DNA of 64,000 bases from sequence record SRR31156797_1009, one strand, 5' to 3'. Shown here one piece after another: positions 21,008 through 31,859 of this stretch. How positions within the stretch are numbered: position 1 is the stretch's first letter; each line of letters begins with the position of its first letter. A program made the position numbers and the translations under genes. The notes under the pieces were generated by a model. That model saw nothing but the letters and a program-made list of their open reading frames with translations. It was not told where the DNA came from and ran no database searches.

Positions 21008-22048
21008 GTGGAAAACCCCAAGGACACCATTGATAGGATTAAGGAGGCCATGGGCGATTCCCTGTCCATTCTCGGTCATCATTATCAATCGGATGAAGTC
21101 ATCGCCTTCACCGACGTTCGTGGCGATTCTCTTGAGTTGGCCCGAAAGATTAACGACTTGAAAGCAAAGCACATCGTGTTTTGTGGTGTGTTTTTCATGG
21201 CTGAATCCGCTGCCATTCTTTGTCGCCCAGACCAAAAAATTCATATCCCGGACACCTCTGCGACCTGTCCCATGGCAGACATGGCAGAAGGAAAACGAGT
21301 TAGACAGGTTCTTGATATCCTCCAAGAAACGGGTCGAACAATTACTCCACTGACCTATGTGAACTCATCGGCAGCCGTCAAAGCCGTGGTGGGAGAATAT
21401 GGAGGTTCAGTCTGCACCTCTGCCAACGCTCAAACCATGCTCTCCTGGGCCATAAAACAAGGTGACGGTGTCCTCTTTCTTCCAGACAAACATCTGGCCC
21501 GCAATAGTGCCAATGCACTGGGCATCTCCGAAGAAAACCGTATTCTTCTGCCGGTCGATGTCATCGACGGTGATCCTGAATTGTATGTCACGCCATCCAT
21601 GACTGACGACAAGCAGTTCATCATTTGGCCAGGATATTGCCCAATTCATGAAGAATTTTCACTCGACACCATCGAGGCGATTCGTACCGCTGAACCGGAA
21701 GCTCGTATTGTGGTTCACCCTGAATGTGATCCGGCATTGGTTCACGCTTCCGATGGCAACGGATCGACCACCTTCTTGATAAAATATGCTGCCGAGGCTC
21801 CTCTGGGAGCAACTATTTACATCGGTACCGAAGTGAACCTCGTTAACCGATTGGCAGACCAGTACAAAGGCGAAAAGGCCATCAAGCCGCTCATTGCAAG
21901 TCAATGCGACGACATGGCCAAAATAACCGTAGAAAAACTGGCCCACACGCTTGATAACCTTGAAACCGCTACGCCTGTCACTGTGAGCGACTCCATCAAG
22001 GAACCAGCAAAACTGGCTCTTGAGCGTATGCTCAAAGTTTGCTCCTAG
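21008..22048 (+). CDS. nadA: Quinolinate synthase
   Basis: HHYQ, GDSLEL, FCGVFFMAES, CPMA, YVNS, HPEC. Confidence 0.95.
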   Translation: MENPKDTIDRIKEAMGDSLSILGHHYQSDEVIAFTDVRGDSLELARKINDLKAKHIVFCGVFFMAESAAILCRPDQKIHIPDTSATCPMADMAEGKRVRQVLDILQETGRTITPLTYVNSSAAVKAVVGEYGGSVCTSANAQTMLSWAIKQGDGVLFLPDKHLARNSANALGISEENRILLPVDVIDGDPELYVTPSMTDDKQFIIWPGYCPIHEEFSLDTIEAIRTAEPEARIVVHPECDPALVHASDGNGSTTFLIKYAAEAPLGATIYIGTEVNLVNRLADQYKGEKAIKPLIASQCDDMAKITVEKLAHTLDNLETATPVTVSDSIKEPAKLALERMLKVCS

Positions 22049-22075
22049 ACCGGCAGACGTGCTAAGGCCCTCGTC

Positions 22076-23665
22076 ATGAATAATTTCCGATTGCAAAGCG
22101 ATGCTCTTATTATCGGCTCCGGTATTGCCGGATCCATGGCAGCTCTTACCCTGGCCGACCAAGGGCATGATGTCATTATTATCACAGCCGGAGAAGATCT
22201 CGCCAACGGTAACACCTCGCTCGCACAGGGCGGTATCGTCTATCGCAATGAAAACGATGATCCAAAGTTATTGGAAAAGGATATCCTTACAGCCGGATGG
22301 AAGCACAATTTCACTCGTGCGGTACGTTTTCTGGCTCGTAAAGGCCCGGAAGTTCTTCAAGAAACCTTTCTTGAAAAATACAAAATCCCCTTCAACCAAC
22401 GCAAACCCGGCGATTGGTATCTGACTCGCGAAGGAGGACATGGGCTAGCACGTATTCTGTATTGTGATGACCATACAGGCCGAAACATCATGGAAGTCCT
22501 CAGCGAAGCTGTGACAGCTCATGAAAATATTCGTGTCCTGACCAAGCGAACAGCCATTGACCTCTTGACCACCCAACATCACGCCAAGCATCTTGATTTC
22601 AAATACAATCTTTCCAATCAATGCATTGGCGCCTATGTCTTCAATGAGGACTTGGGGAAAGTCGAAACTATCCTGTCCAAATTTACCATGTTGGCTACAG
22701 GTGGCATCGGACAAATTTTCCTGCACACAACAAACACTTCCAGCTCGATAGGCTCTGGTCTTGCAATGGCTCACAGAGCCGGTGCACGGCTTATGAACTG
22801 CGAATATGTCCAGTTCCACCCGACAGCCCTTTACGAAGGGTCAAGACGCGGAGAACGACGTTTCCTGGTGTCTGAGGCTGTACGAGGCGAAGGCGCGGTT
22901 CTTATCAACTCTAAAGGCGAACCGTTTATGCCCCGGTACGACACCCGCGCGGACCTCGCCCCACGTGACATTGTCACCCGTGCAATTATGGACGAAATGC
23001 TCCAGATAGACGATGACTGCGTGTACCTCGACACCTCCGGTATCAAAGAGGACGTCAACAAACGTTTCCCCACTATTTCCAATAAATGCAGAGAAATGGG
23101 CATAGATATCAGCAAAGATCCAGTCCCTGTCGTTCCTGCCGCACACTACTTCTGCGGCGGTATTCTCGTTGACAATCGAGGCCGATCCACACTCGAAAAA
23201 CTCTATGCCGCTGGCGAATGCAGTTGTACGGGGGTTCACGGAGCCAACCGATTGGCTAGCACATCACTACTGGAAGGGATGCTCTGGGGCTACAGCGCCG
23301 GACAGGACATAAGTTCTCGTATGAACCGTTCTGCCGCACTCAGTCGTAAACTGGATGAGTCCATCCCAGACTGGATCAGCATTGGTCACGAACACAACGA
23401 AGACCCGGCTTTGATCGCCCAGGATTGGTCCAACATCCGCAATACCATGTGGAATTATGTGGGCATCGCACGCACAAGCAACCGATTGGGCCGAGCTTTC
23501 TCCGACATGCGCAAATTGACAAAAAACCTTCAGGATTTCTATCGTGAAACTGAAGTCAGTAAAAACATCATCGACCTTTTCCACGGGTCACAAGCCGCAT
23601 ACATCATAACCCTTGCGGCCCTGAGAAACACAAAAACAAAAGGCTGTCATTACCGCATTGACTAA
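22076..23665 (+). CDS. nadB: L-aspartate oxidase
   Basis: IIGSGIAG, AQGGI, REGGH, QFHPT, SEAVRGEG, HGANRLASTSL. Confidence 0.95.
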   Translation: MNNFRLQSDALIIGSGIAGSMAALTLADQGHDVIIITAGEDLANGNTSLAQGGIVYRNENDDPKLLEKDILTAGWKHNFTRAVRFLARKGPEVLQETFLEKYKIPFNQRKPGDWYLTREGGHGLARILYCDDHTGRNIMEVLSEAVTAHENIRVLTKRTAIDLLTTQHHAKHLDFKYNLSNQCIGAYVFNEDLGKVETILSKFTMLATGGIGQIFLHTTNTSSSIGSGLAMAHRAGARLMNCEYVQFHPTALYEGSRRGERRFLVSEAVRGEGAVLINSKGEPFMPRYDTRADLAPRDIVTRAIMDEMLQIDDDCVYLDTSGIKEDVNKRFPTISNKCREMGIDISKDPVPVVPAAHYFCGGILVDNRGRSTLEKLYAAGECSCTGVHGANRLASTSLLEGMLWGYSAGQDISSRMNRSAALSRKLDESIPDWISIGHEHNEDPALIAQDWSNIRNTMWNYVGIARTSNRLGRAFSDMRKLTKNLQDFYRETEVSKNIIDLFHGSQAAYIITLAALRNTKTKGCHYRID

Positions 23666-23698
23666 ACCCGACAGACTTTTATCTCACACCAATTATGC

Positions 23699-23740
23699 GG
23701 GTGAAATTCATGATAACCATGAATTTCACCCTTCTTTTTT
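23699..23740 (+). terminator. Terminator after nadB
   Basis: GGGTGAAATTCATG-ATAAC-CATGAATTTCACCC followed by TTCTTTTTT. Confidence 0.75.
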
Positions 23741-23888
23741 GCTTTCACAGAGTACGAAGAATTTTCATGCTTTCTTAGGAAAGAAATCTGAAAGCATAAT
23801 ACGTAAAGCGACAGCCAGCAACAACTCTAAAAAAAATCTATAAAGTCTCTAGACAAATCAAAGCGTGTTTTTCAAATCAAAAATCTAC

Positions 23889-23928
23889 AAAAAAGAGCCC
23901 GGTAACGTATGTATTACCGGGCTTTTTT
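23889..23928. terminator. Terminator after trkH
   Basis: AGCCCGGTAA...TTACCGGGCT flanked by A- and T-runs. Confidence 0.75.
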
Positions 23929-23946
23929 ATCTCTTAAAAATATAGA

Positions 23947-25410
23947 TTACTTGCGCCAAAACTCCGGCACAAAGAGAATAATAACCGTATAAATTTCAAG
24001 CCTTCCTAAAACCATACAAAACGTCAGAACCCATTTTGCGATATCAGGAAGCCAAGCGAAATTGTCCGTTGGGCCAACGCCACCAATGCCTGGTCCTATA
24101 TTACCTATGCAAGCCAAGGCAGCGGCAAAGGACGTAACTACATCAACTCCAGTTGAAGCGACAATAAAGGCCGCAAGAACCAACAAACCGAGCCAAAGTA
24201 TAAAAAAGCCCCACACGCCACTGATGACGTCATCCTTGACTACGGTCTTCCCCATTTTGACATGACTTACAGACCGGGGATGTATGAGTCTGAACAATTC
24301 CTGATAGGACTGCTTGAATAGCAGCATGATGCGCATAACCTTCATGCCACCGCCAGTGGAGCCGGCACACCCACCTACGAACATACAAAACAGCAATATG
24401 GCCTGAGTAACTCCCGGCCACAATTCATAGTCTGCCGTGGCAAAACCGGTTGTGGTCAAGATCGAAGCGACTTGGAACGATGTATATCGTATGGAATCGG
24501 AAACAGTATCATAATTTCCTTCCGCATAAACAAATACAGTTATGATCGCGATAAAAATGGTAATCATAAAGGCAAAGACTCGAAATTCTGGGTCTTTGAC
24601 AAGGACTTTAAAACGCCCTTTCAACAAAAGATAATGCAAGGAGAAGTTAACACCGGCAATAACCATAAATATGGTAATGACATAGTCGATATATGCGCTG
24701 TCGAAAGAAGCAACCGAAGTATTTCTGGTAGAAAAACCACCAGTCGCCATGGTGCCGAAGGTATGACAAAGAGCGTCAAACAAATCCATGCCGCCAAACA
24801 TAAGCAACACGGTTTCCACGGCACTAAACAGTAAATAGACCTTCCACAAGGTCATAGCCGTATCCTTGATACGAGGCTTAAGCTTGTCAGGAGACGGTCC
24901 CGGAACTTCAGCCTTGTACAACTGCATACCACCAATGCCTAAGAAAGGCAGAATGGCTAAGGAAAAGACAATAATTCCCATCCCACCAAGCCAATGAGTT
25001 AGGCTTCGCCAGAATAACAGGCCACGAGGAACGCTTTCTATATCAACCAGTACCGATGATCCTGTTGTACTAAATCCAGACAAGGACTCGAAAACACAAT
25101 CCACCACAGATTCAAAGGTGCCGCCTAAATAAAATGGTAATCCTCCGAAAACTCCGGCCGCAAACCACCCCAAAGCAACGATGGCCATGCCCTCGCGGTG
25201 AGTCATAACAGACGATTTTTTCGAAGCCTCTGAATCACGGAAAAAAGCAAAAGCCAAACCACCAGCGATAACGGTAATCCCCATGGAAAGGCCGATGGGG
25301 TAGGCGGTGCCATCGCCGTAATACAACCCCCAACCAAAAGGCAATACCATGGTCAAACCAATACAGGCGACCAACGCACCAATGATGTGGAGGACATATT
25401 TCCAACGCAT
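23947..25410 (-). CDS. trkH: Trk potassium uptake membrane protein
   Basis: FESLSGFSTTGS, WLGGMG, ATGGFS, GGCAGSTGGG, GNIGPG, GRLE. Confidence 0.95.
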   Translation of the reverse strand: MRWKYVLHIIGALVACIGLTMVLPFGWGLYYGDGTAYPIGLSMGITVIAGGLAFAFFRDSEASKKSSVMTHREGMAIVALGWFAAGVFGGLPFYLGGTFESVVDCVFESLSGFSTTGSSVLVDIESVPRGLLFWRSLTHWLGGMGIIVFSLAILPFLGIGGMQLYKAEVPGPSPDKLKPRIKDTAMTLWKVYLLFSAVETVLLMFGGMDLFDALCHTFGTMATGGFSTRNTSVASFDSAYIDYVITIFMVIAGVNFSLHYLLLKGRFKVLVKDPEFRVFAFMITIFIAIITVFVYAEGNYDTVSDSIRYTSFQVASILTTTGFATADYELWPGVTQAILLFCMFVGGCAGSTGGGMKVMRIMLLFKQSYQELFRLIHPRSVSHVKMGKTVVKDDVISGVWGFFILWLGLLVLAAFIVASTGVDVVTSFAAALACIGNIGPGIGGVGPTDNFAWLPDIAKWVLTFCMVLGRLEIYTVIILFVPEFWRK

Positions 25411-26778
25411 CTAGAAGAACTCCACCGTCGTGGTCAGCACTTTTTCCACTTTGGGAATATTTTGTCTGGTAGAAATGATAATCAATCTGTCATTGGGTTC
25501 CACCACGGTATCACCGCGAGGAATGACAACGTCATCACCACGCTGGAAGCATAAGACAAGACATCCTCTGGGGAATTTAAGGTCTTTAACCTCTTTGCCC
25601 ACAATAGGAGAATCTTCTTGTGCAACAGCTTCAAGGGCTTCTGCAGCCTCTCCTTTGATGGATACAGAAGAAATAATCTTTCCGCGTCGAATAAAATGCA
25701 GCAATGTATTGATGGCCGACTGACGAGGGCAGACCACATAATCGATACCAATCGGCTCAATCAAAGGCATATATCCAAAATTATTCACACGAGTAACGGT
25801 GCTCTTGGCACCAAGGCTCTTGGCGAGAAGGCAGGACAAAATATTAGTCTCTTCATCACCAGTCACGGCAATGACCATATCCATATCTTGAATATTCTCT
25901 TCCCGAAGAATTTCCTGATCTGTTGAATCCCCCATGAGAACAATAGGACGATCCAAATGCTCAGAGAGATATTCACACCGCTTTTGCCTATTTTCGAGCA
26001 AACGGGTGTGATAGTATTTATTATCCAGAGCTTTGGCCAAACGGAAGCCGATGTTGCCGCCGCCAATAATCATTACCTTACGTACAGGTTCTGCGAAAAT
26101 TCCAAGTTGTCGAAGGATTTCATCCTGGTCGCGAATATCACAAACAAAATACACGAGATCGTCTTTCTCAATAACATCGAGGCCACTGGGAATAATCAAC
26201 TCGCCATCCCTGACCAATGCAGCGATAACAATACCGAGATCATCACCAATCTTCTCTCGCAAATTATACAGCTTGCTCCCGATAAGATGGCTGTCTTCTG
26301 GTAAATTGACACCGATCAGACGAATTTTACCATTGGCAAATTCATTGATTTCCACGGCTCCCGGCACACTCATAAGCCGTAAAACCGAGTTTACGACCTC
26401 TTCGTCCGGGTTAATAATCTTGGTGATTTCAGCGCCCTGTTCCGTAAGCAAATGTTTGTAATCCGTATACATTTCGCCACGAACACGAGCTAATTTCGTA
26501 ACACTCGGATTCAACAGATTGGCAAAAGAGCAGGCAAGAAGATTGATCTCATCGGAATCAGTCACAGCCAAAAAGATGTCAGCTTTGTCGACACCGGCTT
26601 CCTCAAGGATTTTCGGACTACTGCCCGACCCCTTGATGGTCTGCACATCTGAAGATTCAGCGATTTTTCTCAAAGCCTCGTCACTTGTATCAATAACGAC
26701 GACTTCTTTATTTTCTACCGCCAACCGCTGAGAGATATGAAATCCGACCTCGCCGGCTCCAATGATGATAACCCTCAA
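25411..26778 (-). CDS. trkA: Trk system NAD-binding protein TrkA
   Basis: IIGAGEVG and IIGGGNIG RCK-N domains, two RCK-C domains. Confidence 0.95.
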   Translation of the reverse strand: MRVIIIGAGEVGFHISQRLAVENKEVVVIDTSDEALRKIAESSDVQTIKGSGSSPKILEEAGVDKADIFLAVTDSDEINLLACSFANLLNPSVTKLARVRGEMYTDYKHLLTEQGAEITKIINPDEEVVNSVLRLMSVPGAVEINEFANGKIRLIGVNLPEDSHLIGSKLYNLREKIGDDLGIVIAALVRDGELIIPSGLDVIEKDDLVYFVCDIRDQDEILRQLGIFAEPVRKVMIIGGGNIGFRLAKALDNKYYHTRLLENRQKRCEYLSEHLDRPIVLMGDSTDQEILREENIQDMDMVIAVTGDEETNILSCLLAKSLGAKSTVTRVNNFGYMPLIEPIGIDYVVCPRQSAINTLLHFIRRGKIISSVSIKGEAAEALEAVAQEDSPIVGKEVKDLKFPRGCLVLCFQRGDDVVIPRGDTVVEPNDRLIIISTRQNIPKVEKVLTTTVEFF

Positions 26779-26942
26779 AAGACAACTCCTGTGTGGATGA
26801 GAGTAAAAACCCCATCCTTTCTACGCGTGTTTCTCATCCAGTGCAACATCGTGAAAAACTATACGAATCAATAATATCCGACCGTCAAAAACAGCAGCGG
26901 CCCTGATCTCTCAGAGCCGCATTCATATTTTTTTCAGCACGC

Positions 26943-27197
26943 CTATAATATGGCTTTCTTGACTTCGTCAATACCGACTTTATTCAACAAACGCGCAGAA
27001 CGACTACGTTTCCCAGCGTTATCACGATAATAATCAAGAAACCGTTTTACCAACTCGACAGCTTCTTGACGGGTTAGCTCTTCTGCCAGCACATCCGCAA
27101 TACGTGGCCTGCCAGAAGCATTGCCCCCAACAACCATAGTCCACCCTTTGGGCTTTCCAATAAGTCCCACATCACGCACATAGCTTTCAGCACAGCA
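26943..27197 (-). pseudogene. 3' half (CC-AESYVRDVG...KKAIL) of the interrupted nitrite/sulfite-reductase-type siroheme/4Fe-4S gene
   Basis: Reading frame begins abruptly at TGC TGT GCT GAA AGC; joins in frame to the 5' half at 57654-58064; colinear with the homolog at 48155-48808. Confidence 0.92.
27192..27197. repeat. Left att core / direct repeat ACAGCA
   Basis: Identical 6-mer at 57654-57659; both mark the exact breakpoints of the split gene. Confidence 0.85.
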
Positions 27198-27382
27198 TTA
27201 TATATACTATTTTTTTTGTCAAGTGTGTATGTAAATAATTAGTATAAAAAGAATTAATTTACTACGATAACAGCTTGTAGAACTATTTTGTAAAGAAGTT
27301 TATCAAGAAAGAACTTTTCCACTTAACAAATTAACAATTTCTTGCCCAAGAGAAACAACCAACACCAATTCGCATTATAGAC

Positions 27383-27423
27383 AACAAGAGCAGGCTAGCT
27401 TAGATAGCTAGCCTGCTCTTGTT
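27383..27423. terminator. 18-bp perfect hairpin ending the cus operon
   Basis: AACAAGAGCAGGCTAGCT-TAGAT-AGCTAGCCTGCTCTTGTT immediately after the Met-rich gene stop. Confidence 0.75.
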
Positions 27424-27424
27424 C

Positions 27425-27880
27425 TTACATCTTCTTCATTTTGCCCAAAGTCTTCTCCATCTTCATGATACTGCCTTCCATCATGGGGATGCCGCTTTTG
27501 GGGTCCTTCTTGGTCTTACCCATTCCTTTCATCAGGGTCATCATATCCTTGTCCAACTGTTTCATGTGGCCCTGTGTGGACTTGTCGCCCTTCTTCATGG
27601 CGTGGCCTTTAACGGCCTCCATGCCATGGTGCATTTCGGTCATATGCTTGTTCATAGGCCCCATATGCTTCTTGCGATTAGCGGGGTCCTTCTTCATGTT
27701 TGCGACATCCATTTTCATCATGTGCAGGTTGTCTTCCATCATTTTCATGCCGTCATGCATGGAGACGGATTTACCATCCATTTTCATGTTGTCGTGGTCC
27801 ATGTTGGAAGCGGCAGAGGCAATGCCTGCGACCATCAAAGTCAGGACAAAAACAAAAGCGAGTGTTGTCATTTTTTTCAT
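27425..27880 (-). CDS. Secreted Met/His/Lys-rich putative Cu(I)/Ag(I)-binding protein
   Basis: Signal peptide (…GIASA|A); 31 Met and 9 His in 151 aa; last gene of the cus operon; AAGGAG RBS. Confidence 0.8.
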   Translation of the reverse strand: MKKMTTLAFVFVLTLMVAGIASAASNMDHDNMKMDGKSVSMHDGMKMMEDNLHMMKMDVANMKKDPANRKKHMGPMNKHMTEMHHGMEAVKGHAMKKGDKSTQGHMKQLDKDMMTLMKGMGKTKKDPKSGIPMMEGSIMKMEKTLGKMKKM

Positions 27881-27896
27881 AATTAACTCCTTAAAG

Positions 27897-30800
27897 TTAG
27901 TTTACTGTCTTGTTTATCCGCCATGGGAAAATTTTTCTGCGCGGTGGACATCTGTCTGACCTGTGGAACTTGAATTCCTCCACCATGCAATAGAGTGTCG
28001 GCACAACGAACACGGTCAGAATCGCTATTGTCATTCCCCCAAATGAAGGGATTGCCATCGGTACCATGATATCGGCCCCGCGCCCCGTGGAAGTCAGTAC
28101 GGGAATGAGAGCAAGAATTGTTGTGGCCGAAGTCATCAAGGCCGGACGAATGCGGCGCTTGGCACCTTCAAGAATGGCCTTGCGAATGGCCGGGACACTA
28201 CTCATATCCCTGCTGTCACGGCTCTCATCAAGATAAGTGGCCATAATGACTCCGTCATCAGAGGCGATTCCGAAAAGTGCGAGGAAACCAACCCAAATGG
28301 CGACACTCAAATTGATGGGGCTCACTTGGAAGAGGTCACGCATACTTGATCCGAATACACTGAAGTTCAGGAACCAATCCTGGCCGTACAGCCAAATCAT
28401 CATGAAACCACCGGACCAAGCCACAAGGATACCAGAAAAGACCATCAGAGTTGTCGCCACAGACTTGAACTGGAGGTAAAGGATAAGCACGATGACCAGG
28501 AGAGCTAAGGGGAGGATAACCGCCAGCTTCTTCTGAGCGCGAACCTGATTCTCATAATTCCCAGCAAATTCGTAGGACACACCGCTTGGAATAACGAGTT
28601 CACCGGATGCGATCTTGCTATCAATGTATTGCCGTGCACTTTCAACGACATCCACTTCCGCAAAGCCTGGCTTCTTGTCGAACAGGACGTAACCGATAAG
28701 GAACGTGTCTTCACTCTTGATGACCTGGGGGCCGCGAACGTACCGCAAATTAGCCAATTGCTTCAGAGGGATTTGCTCACCGGAAGGCGCGGCAACAAGA
28801 ATGCTGTTGAGGGCTTCGATACTATCGCGAAGCTCACGCATGTAGCGCACCCTCATGGGATATCGCTCCCTTCCTTCAACAGTGGTGGAGAGCATCTTGC
28901 CGCCAACTGCGACTTCGATGACGTCCTGAACCTTCTTCAACCTGATTCCGTAACGGGATATGGCTTCACGGTCGATGACGATTTCCAGATATGGCTTGCC
29001 GACAATACGGTCGGCAATAACGGCTGCGGGTTCGATTGACGGGACATCCTTGAGAAGACGCTCCAACTGAAGACCGAACGATTCAATGGTGGGCAAATCC
29101 GGCCCCTTGACCTTGATGCCCATAGGGGCACGCATGCCGGATTGGAGCATCACGATACGGGCCGCAATGGGTTGCAACTTAGGAGCCGAAGTGGTTCCAG
29201 GAAGCTCTGCCGCCTTGGCAATGTCATCCCAGATGTCATTGGGATTCCGAACTCCCTTCCATGCGTCCCGACCAGGATTCAAATCAGGATCAAGCGAACT
29301 TCTCCATAAGCGAAAGGGCTTACCTTCTTCGTCAGGGATGAGCTTTCCTTCCTCTTCGCGGGGGTAAAAGCCCTGTACGATGTAGGGCAAGCCATCACCT
29401 GCGGGGAGAGGCTCACCTTCAGCTGAACGAAAGTAATCCTTCTGGCTTTCATCAAAGCTAAACCGGAGACGCTTCCCACTCTCATCCACAAGATACTCAG
29501 GCTTGTAGTTGATGACAGTTTCAATCATGGAAACCGGAGCCGGGTCCAAGGGCGTTTCTGCTCGTCCAAGCTTACCGACTGCGCTCTCCACTTCAGGAAT
29601 ACTCAGGATGGACATATCCTGCTTGGACAAAACGTCTTGCACTTCACCAATGGAAGCATGCGGCATGGTCGTGGGCATATACAAGAACGAGCCTTCATCC
29701 AGTGGAGGCATGAACTCCTTACCCAATCCCGGGAAGGCATGAATGATTGCCGCCACAGGGCGAGAAGCGCGAACAGAGTCCGGCAGCCAGCCAGTCATGA
29801 CGTTGCCGCCAAGCCAGATAAAACCGCCAAACAAAATCACAGCGACAGGCATGACTAAAAACAGAGTCTTGTGATCAAGAACCCATGCCAGCATCCGGGG
29901 ATAACCGCGTTGGAAAACCTGGAAGAACAACATCAGGCCACCAATCAGGCAAGCCACGAAGACGAAGTTCAGCACATCTCCCTTTTCCGGCCCCAGAGGC
30001 AGCCAGTGGGTCGCCAGCACGATGGCGACAGCCGTGACCACACCGATATTCATGACTCTGCTAATAAGGGCGTCCAGACGGGGATGCAGCGATTCAGAGA
30101 ATATCTTTTGAAGGCCCGGAATGAGCAGGATCACGCCGATCCACCACTTCACGAAAACAGCTATACCGATGCCGGCCAGAATATAGCTTCCGCCAATAAG
30201 AAAGTCCGCGCTACGTTTTGGGCACTCTCGGTCATCACGCTTGTAAATGAGATGCGCAATGGCCGGCAGGACGGTAAGAGCAACAATGATCGAGGCGACC
30301 AAGGCAAACGTCTTGGTATACGCAAGCGGCTTGAAGAGCTTGCCTTCAGGCCCTTCCATTGCAAACACGGGCAGAAAGCTGACAATGGTGGTTGCAACAG
30401 CCGTCATGATCGCGCTACCCACCTCGGAAGCCCCATCAAATATAAGCTTGAGCCTACTCTCGCCTGTTGCCCCCTGCTCAAATTTCTTGAGGATGTTCTC
30501 ACAGATGATGATTCCCATATCAACCATGGTTCCGATGGCGATGGCAATACCGGATAAGGCAACGATATTGGCATCCACGCGAAAGACCTTCATGCCGATG
30601 AAACACATCATTACAGCCATGGGGAGCAGTGAAGAAATCAACAGGGAACTCTTCAGGTGCATCACGGCTATCAGTACGACAATGATGGTGATGAGTATTT
30701 CTTCGGTTAGCGCCGTGTTCAGGGTACCCAGAGTTTCGTTGATAAGGCCTGACCTGTCATAGAAGGGAACAATGGTCACCTTGCTCACAGTTCCGTCAGG

Positions 30801-31847
30801 CAAGACCTTGCTGGGCAGACCCGGAGAAATTTCCTTGATGACTTCCTTGACGTTCTTAATGGCCTGTAAAGGGTTTTCGCCATAGCGAACAACAACGACA
30901 CCGCCGACGGCTTCGGTACCGCCCTTGTCCAGCACTCCTCGGCGCAGGGCCGGACCAAGCGTGACCTTGGCCACATCCTTCACTCGAATGGGAACATTGT
31001 TGACGATCTTGATGACAGACTTCTCAATGTCTGCAAGGTTCTTGACGAAGCCAATGCCTCGAATGAGATATTCAACGCTGTTGATTTCAATCGTACGGGC
31101 ACCGACATCGAGATTGGACATCTTGACCGCAGAGAACACGTCTTCCAGCTTGACCCCGGTGGTGCGCAGTGCATCCGGGTCCACGTCGATTTGGTATTCC
31201 TTGACGAAGCCGCCGACAGACGCCGTTTCGCTGACGCCTCCTGCTCCGAGCAGAGCATAGCGGACGTACCAATCCTGTATACTTCGCAATTCATCCGGGT
31301 CCCAGCCGCCAACAGGATTGCCGTTCTCGTCCCGCCCCTCAAGAGTGTACCAGAACACCTGCCCAAGCGCGGTTGCATCCGGCCCCAGAGTCGGCTTAAC
31401 CCCTTGGGGCAATGTTCCCGGAGGTAAGCTGCTTACCTTTTCAAGAAGCCTTGAACGAGACCAATAGAACTCCACGTCCTCATTAAAGATGACGTAGATG
31501 GTCGAAAAGCCGAACATGGAGTAGCTTCGAACCGTCTTGACGCCCGGAATGCCGAGCAGGGCCACCGTGAGCGGATACGTGACTTGATCCTCCATGTCCT
31601 GCGGAGAACGGCCCATCCACTCGGTAAAGACAATCTGTTGATTCTCACCAATGTCAGGGATGGCGTCCACGGGGACGGGATCACGGGGAAGACCGTCGAT
31701 GCGCCAATCAAACGGGGCAACGACAAGCCCCCATCCCATGGCCATGCCAACGAGCAGGAAGACCACCAGCTTATTTTGCAGGCAAAACCTGATGAGCTTG
31801 TCTGTCAGCGTAGTCGCTCCTATGGGAGTCTCTTGTTCGTTAGCCAT
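27897..31847 (-). CDS. cusA: CusA/SilA-family heavy-metal RND permease (long form)
   Basis: PVDAIPDIGENQ, GPDATALG, GIAIAIGTMVD, EFMPPLDEG, RIRPALMT. Confidence 0.92.
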   Translation of the reverse strand: MANEQETPIGATTLTDKLIRFCLQNKLVVFLLVGMAMGWGLVVAPFDWRIDGLPRDPVPVDAIPDIGENQQIVFTEWMGRSPQDMEDQVTYPLTVALLGIPGVKTVRSYSMFGFSTIYVIFNEDVEFYWSRSRLLEKVSSLPPGTLPQGVKPTLGPDATALGQVFWYTLEGRDENGNPVGGWDPDELRSIQDWYVRYALLGAGGVSETASVGGFVKEYQIDVDPDALRTTGVKLEDVFSAVKMSNLDVGARTIEINSVEYLIRGIGFVKNLADIEKSVIKIVNNVPIRVKDVAKVTLGPALRRGVLDKGGTEAVGGVVVVRYGENPLQAIKNVKEVIKEISPGLPSKVLPDGTVSKVTIVPFYDRSGLINETLGTLNTALTEEILITIIVVLIAVMHLKSSLLISSLLPMAVMMCFIGMKVFRVDANIVALSGIAIAIGTMVDMGIIICENILKKFEQGATGESRLKLIFDGASEVGSAIMTAVATTIVSFLPVFAMEGPEGKLFKPLAYTKTFALVASIIVALTVLPAIAHLIYKRDDRECPKRSADFLIGGSYILAGIGIAVFVKWWIGVILLIPGLQKIFSESLHPRLDALISRVMNIGVVTAVAIVLATHWLPLGPEKGDVLNFVFVACLIGGLMLFFQVFQRGYPRMLAWVLDHKTLFLVMPVAVILFGGFIWLGGNVMTGWLPDSVRASRPVAAIIHAFPGLGKEFMPPLDEGSFLYMPTTMPHASIGEVQDVLSKQDMSILSIPEVESAVGKLGRAETPLDPAPVSMIETVINYKPEYLVDESGKRLRFSFDESQKDYFRSAEGEPLPAGDGLPYIVQGFYPREEEGKLIPDEEGKPFRLWRSSLDPDLNPGRDAWKGVRNPNDIWDDIAKAAELPGTTSAPKLQPIAARIVMLQSGMRAPMGIKVKGPDLPTIESFGLQLERLLKDVPSIEPAAVIADRIVGKPYLEIVIDREAISRYGIRLKKVQDVIEVAVGGKMLSTTVEGRERYPMRVRYMRELRDSIEALNSILVAAPSGEQIPLKQLANLRYVRGPQVIKSEDTFLIGYVLFDKKPGFAEVDVVESARQYIDSKIASGELVIPSGVSYEFAGNYENQVRAQKKLAVILPLALLVIVLILYLQFKSVATTLMVFSGILVAWSGGFMMIWLYGQDWFLNFSVFGSSMRDLFQVSPINLSVAIWVGFLALFGIASDDGVIMATYLDESRDSRDMSSVPAIRKAILEGAKRRIRPALMTSATTILALIPVLTSTGRGADIMVPMAIPSFGGMTIAILTVFVVPTLYCMVEEFKFHRSDRCPPRRKIFPWRINKTVN

Positions 31848-31859
31848 GTGACACCCCGG

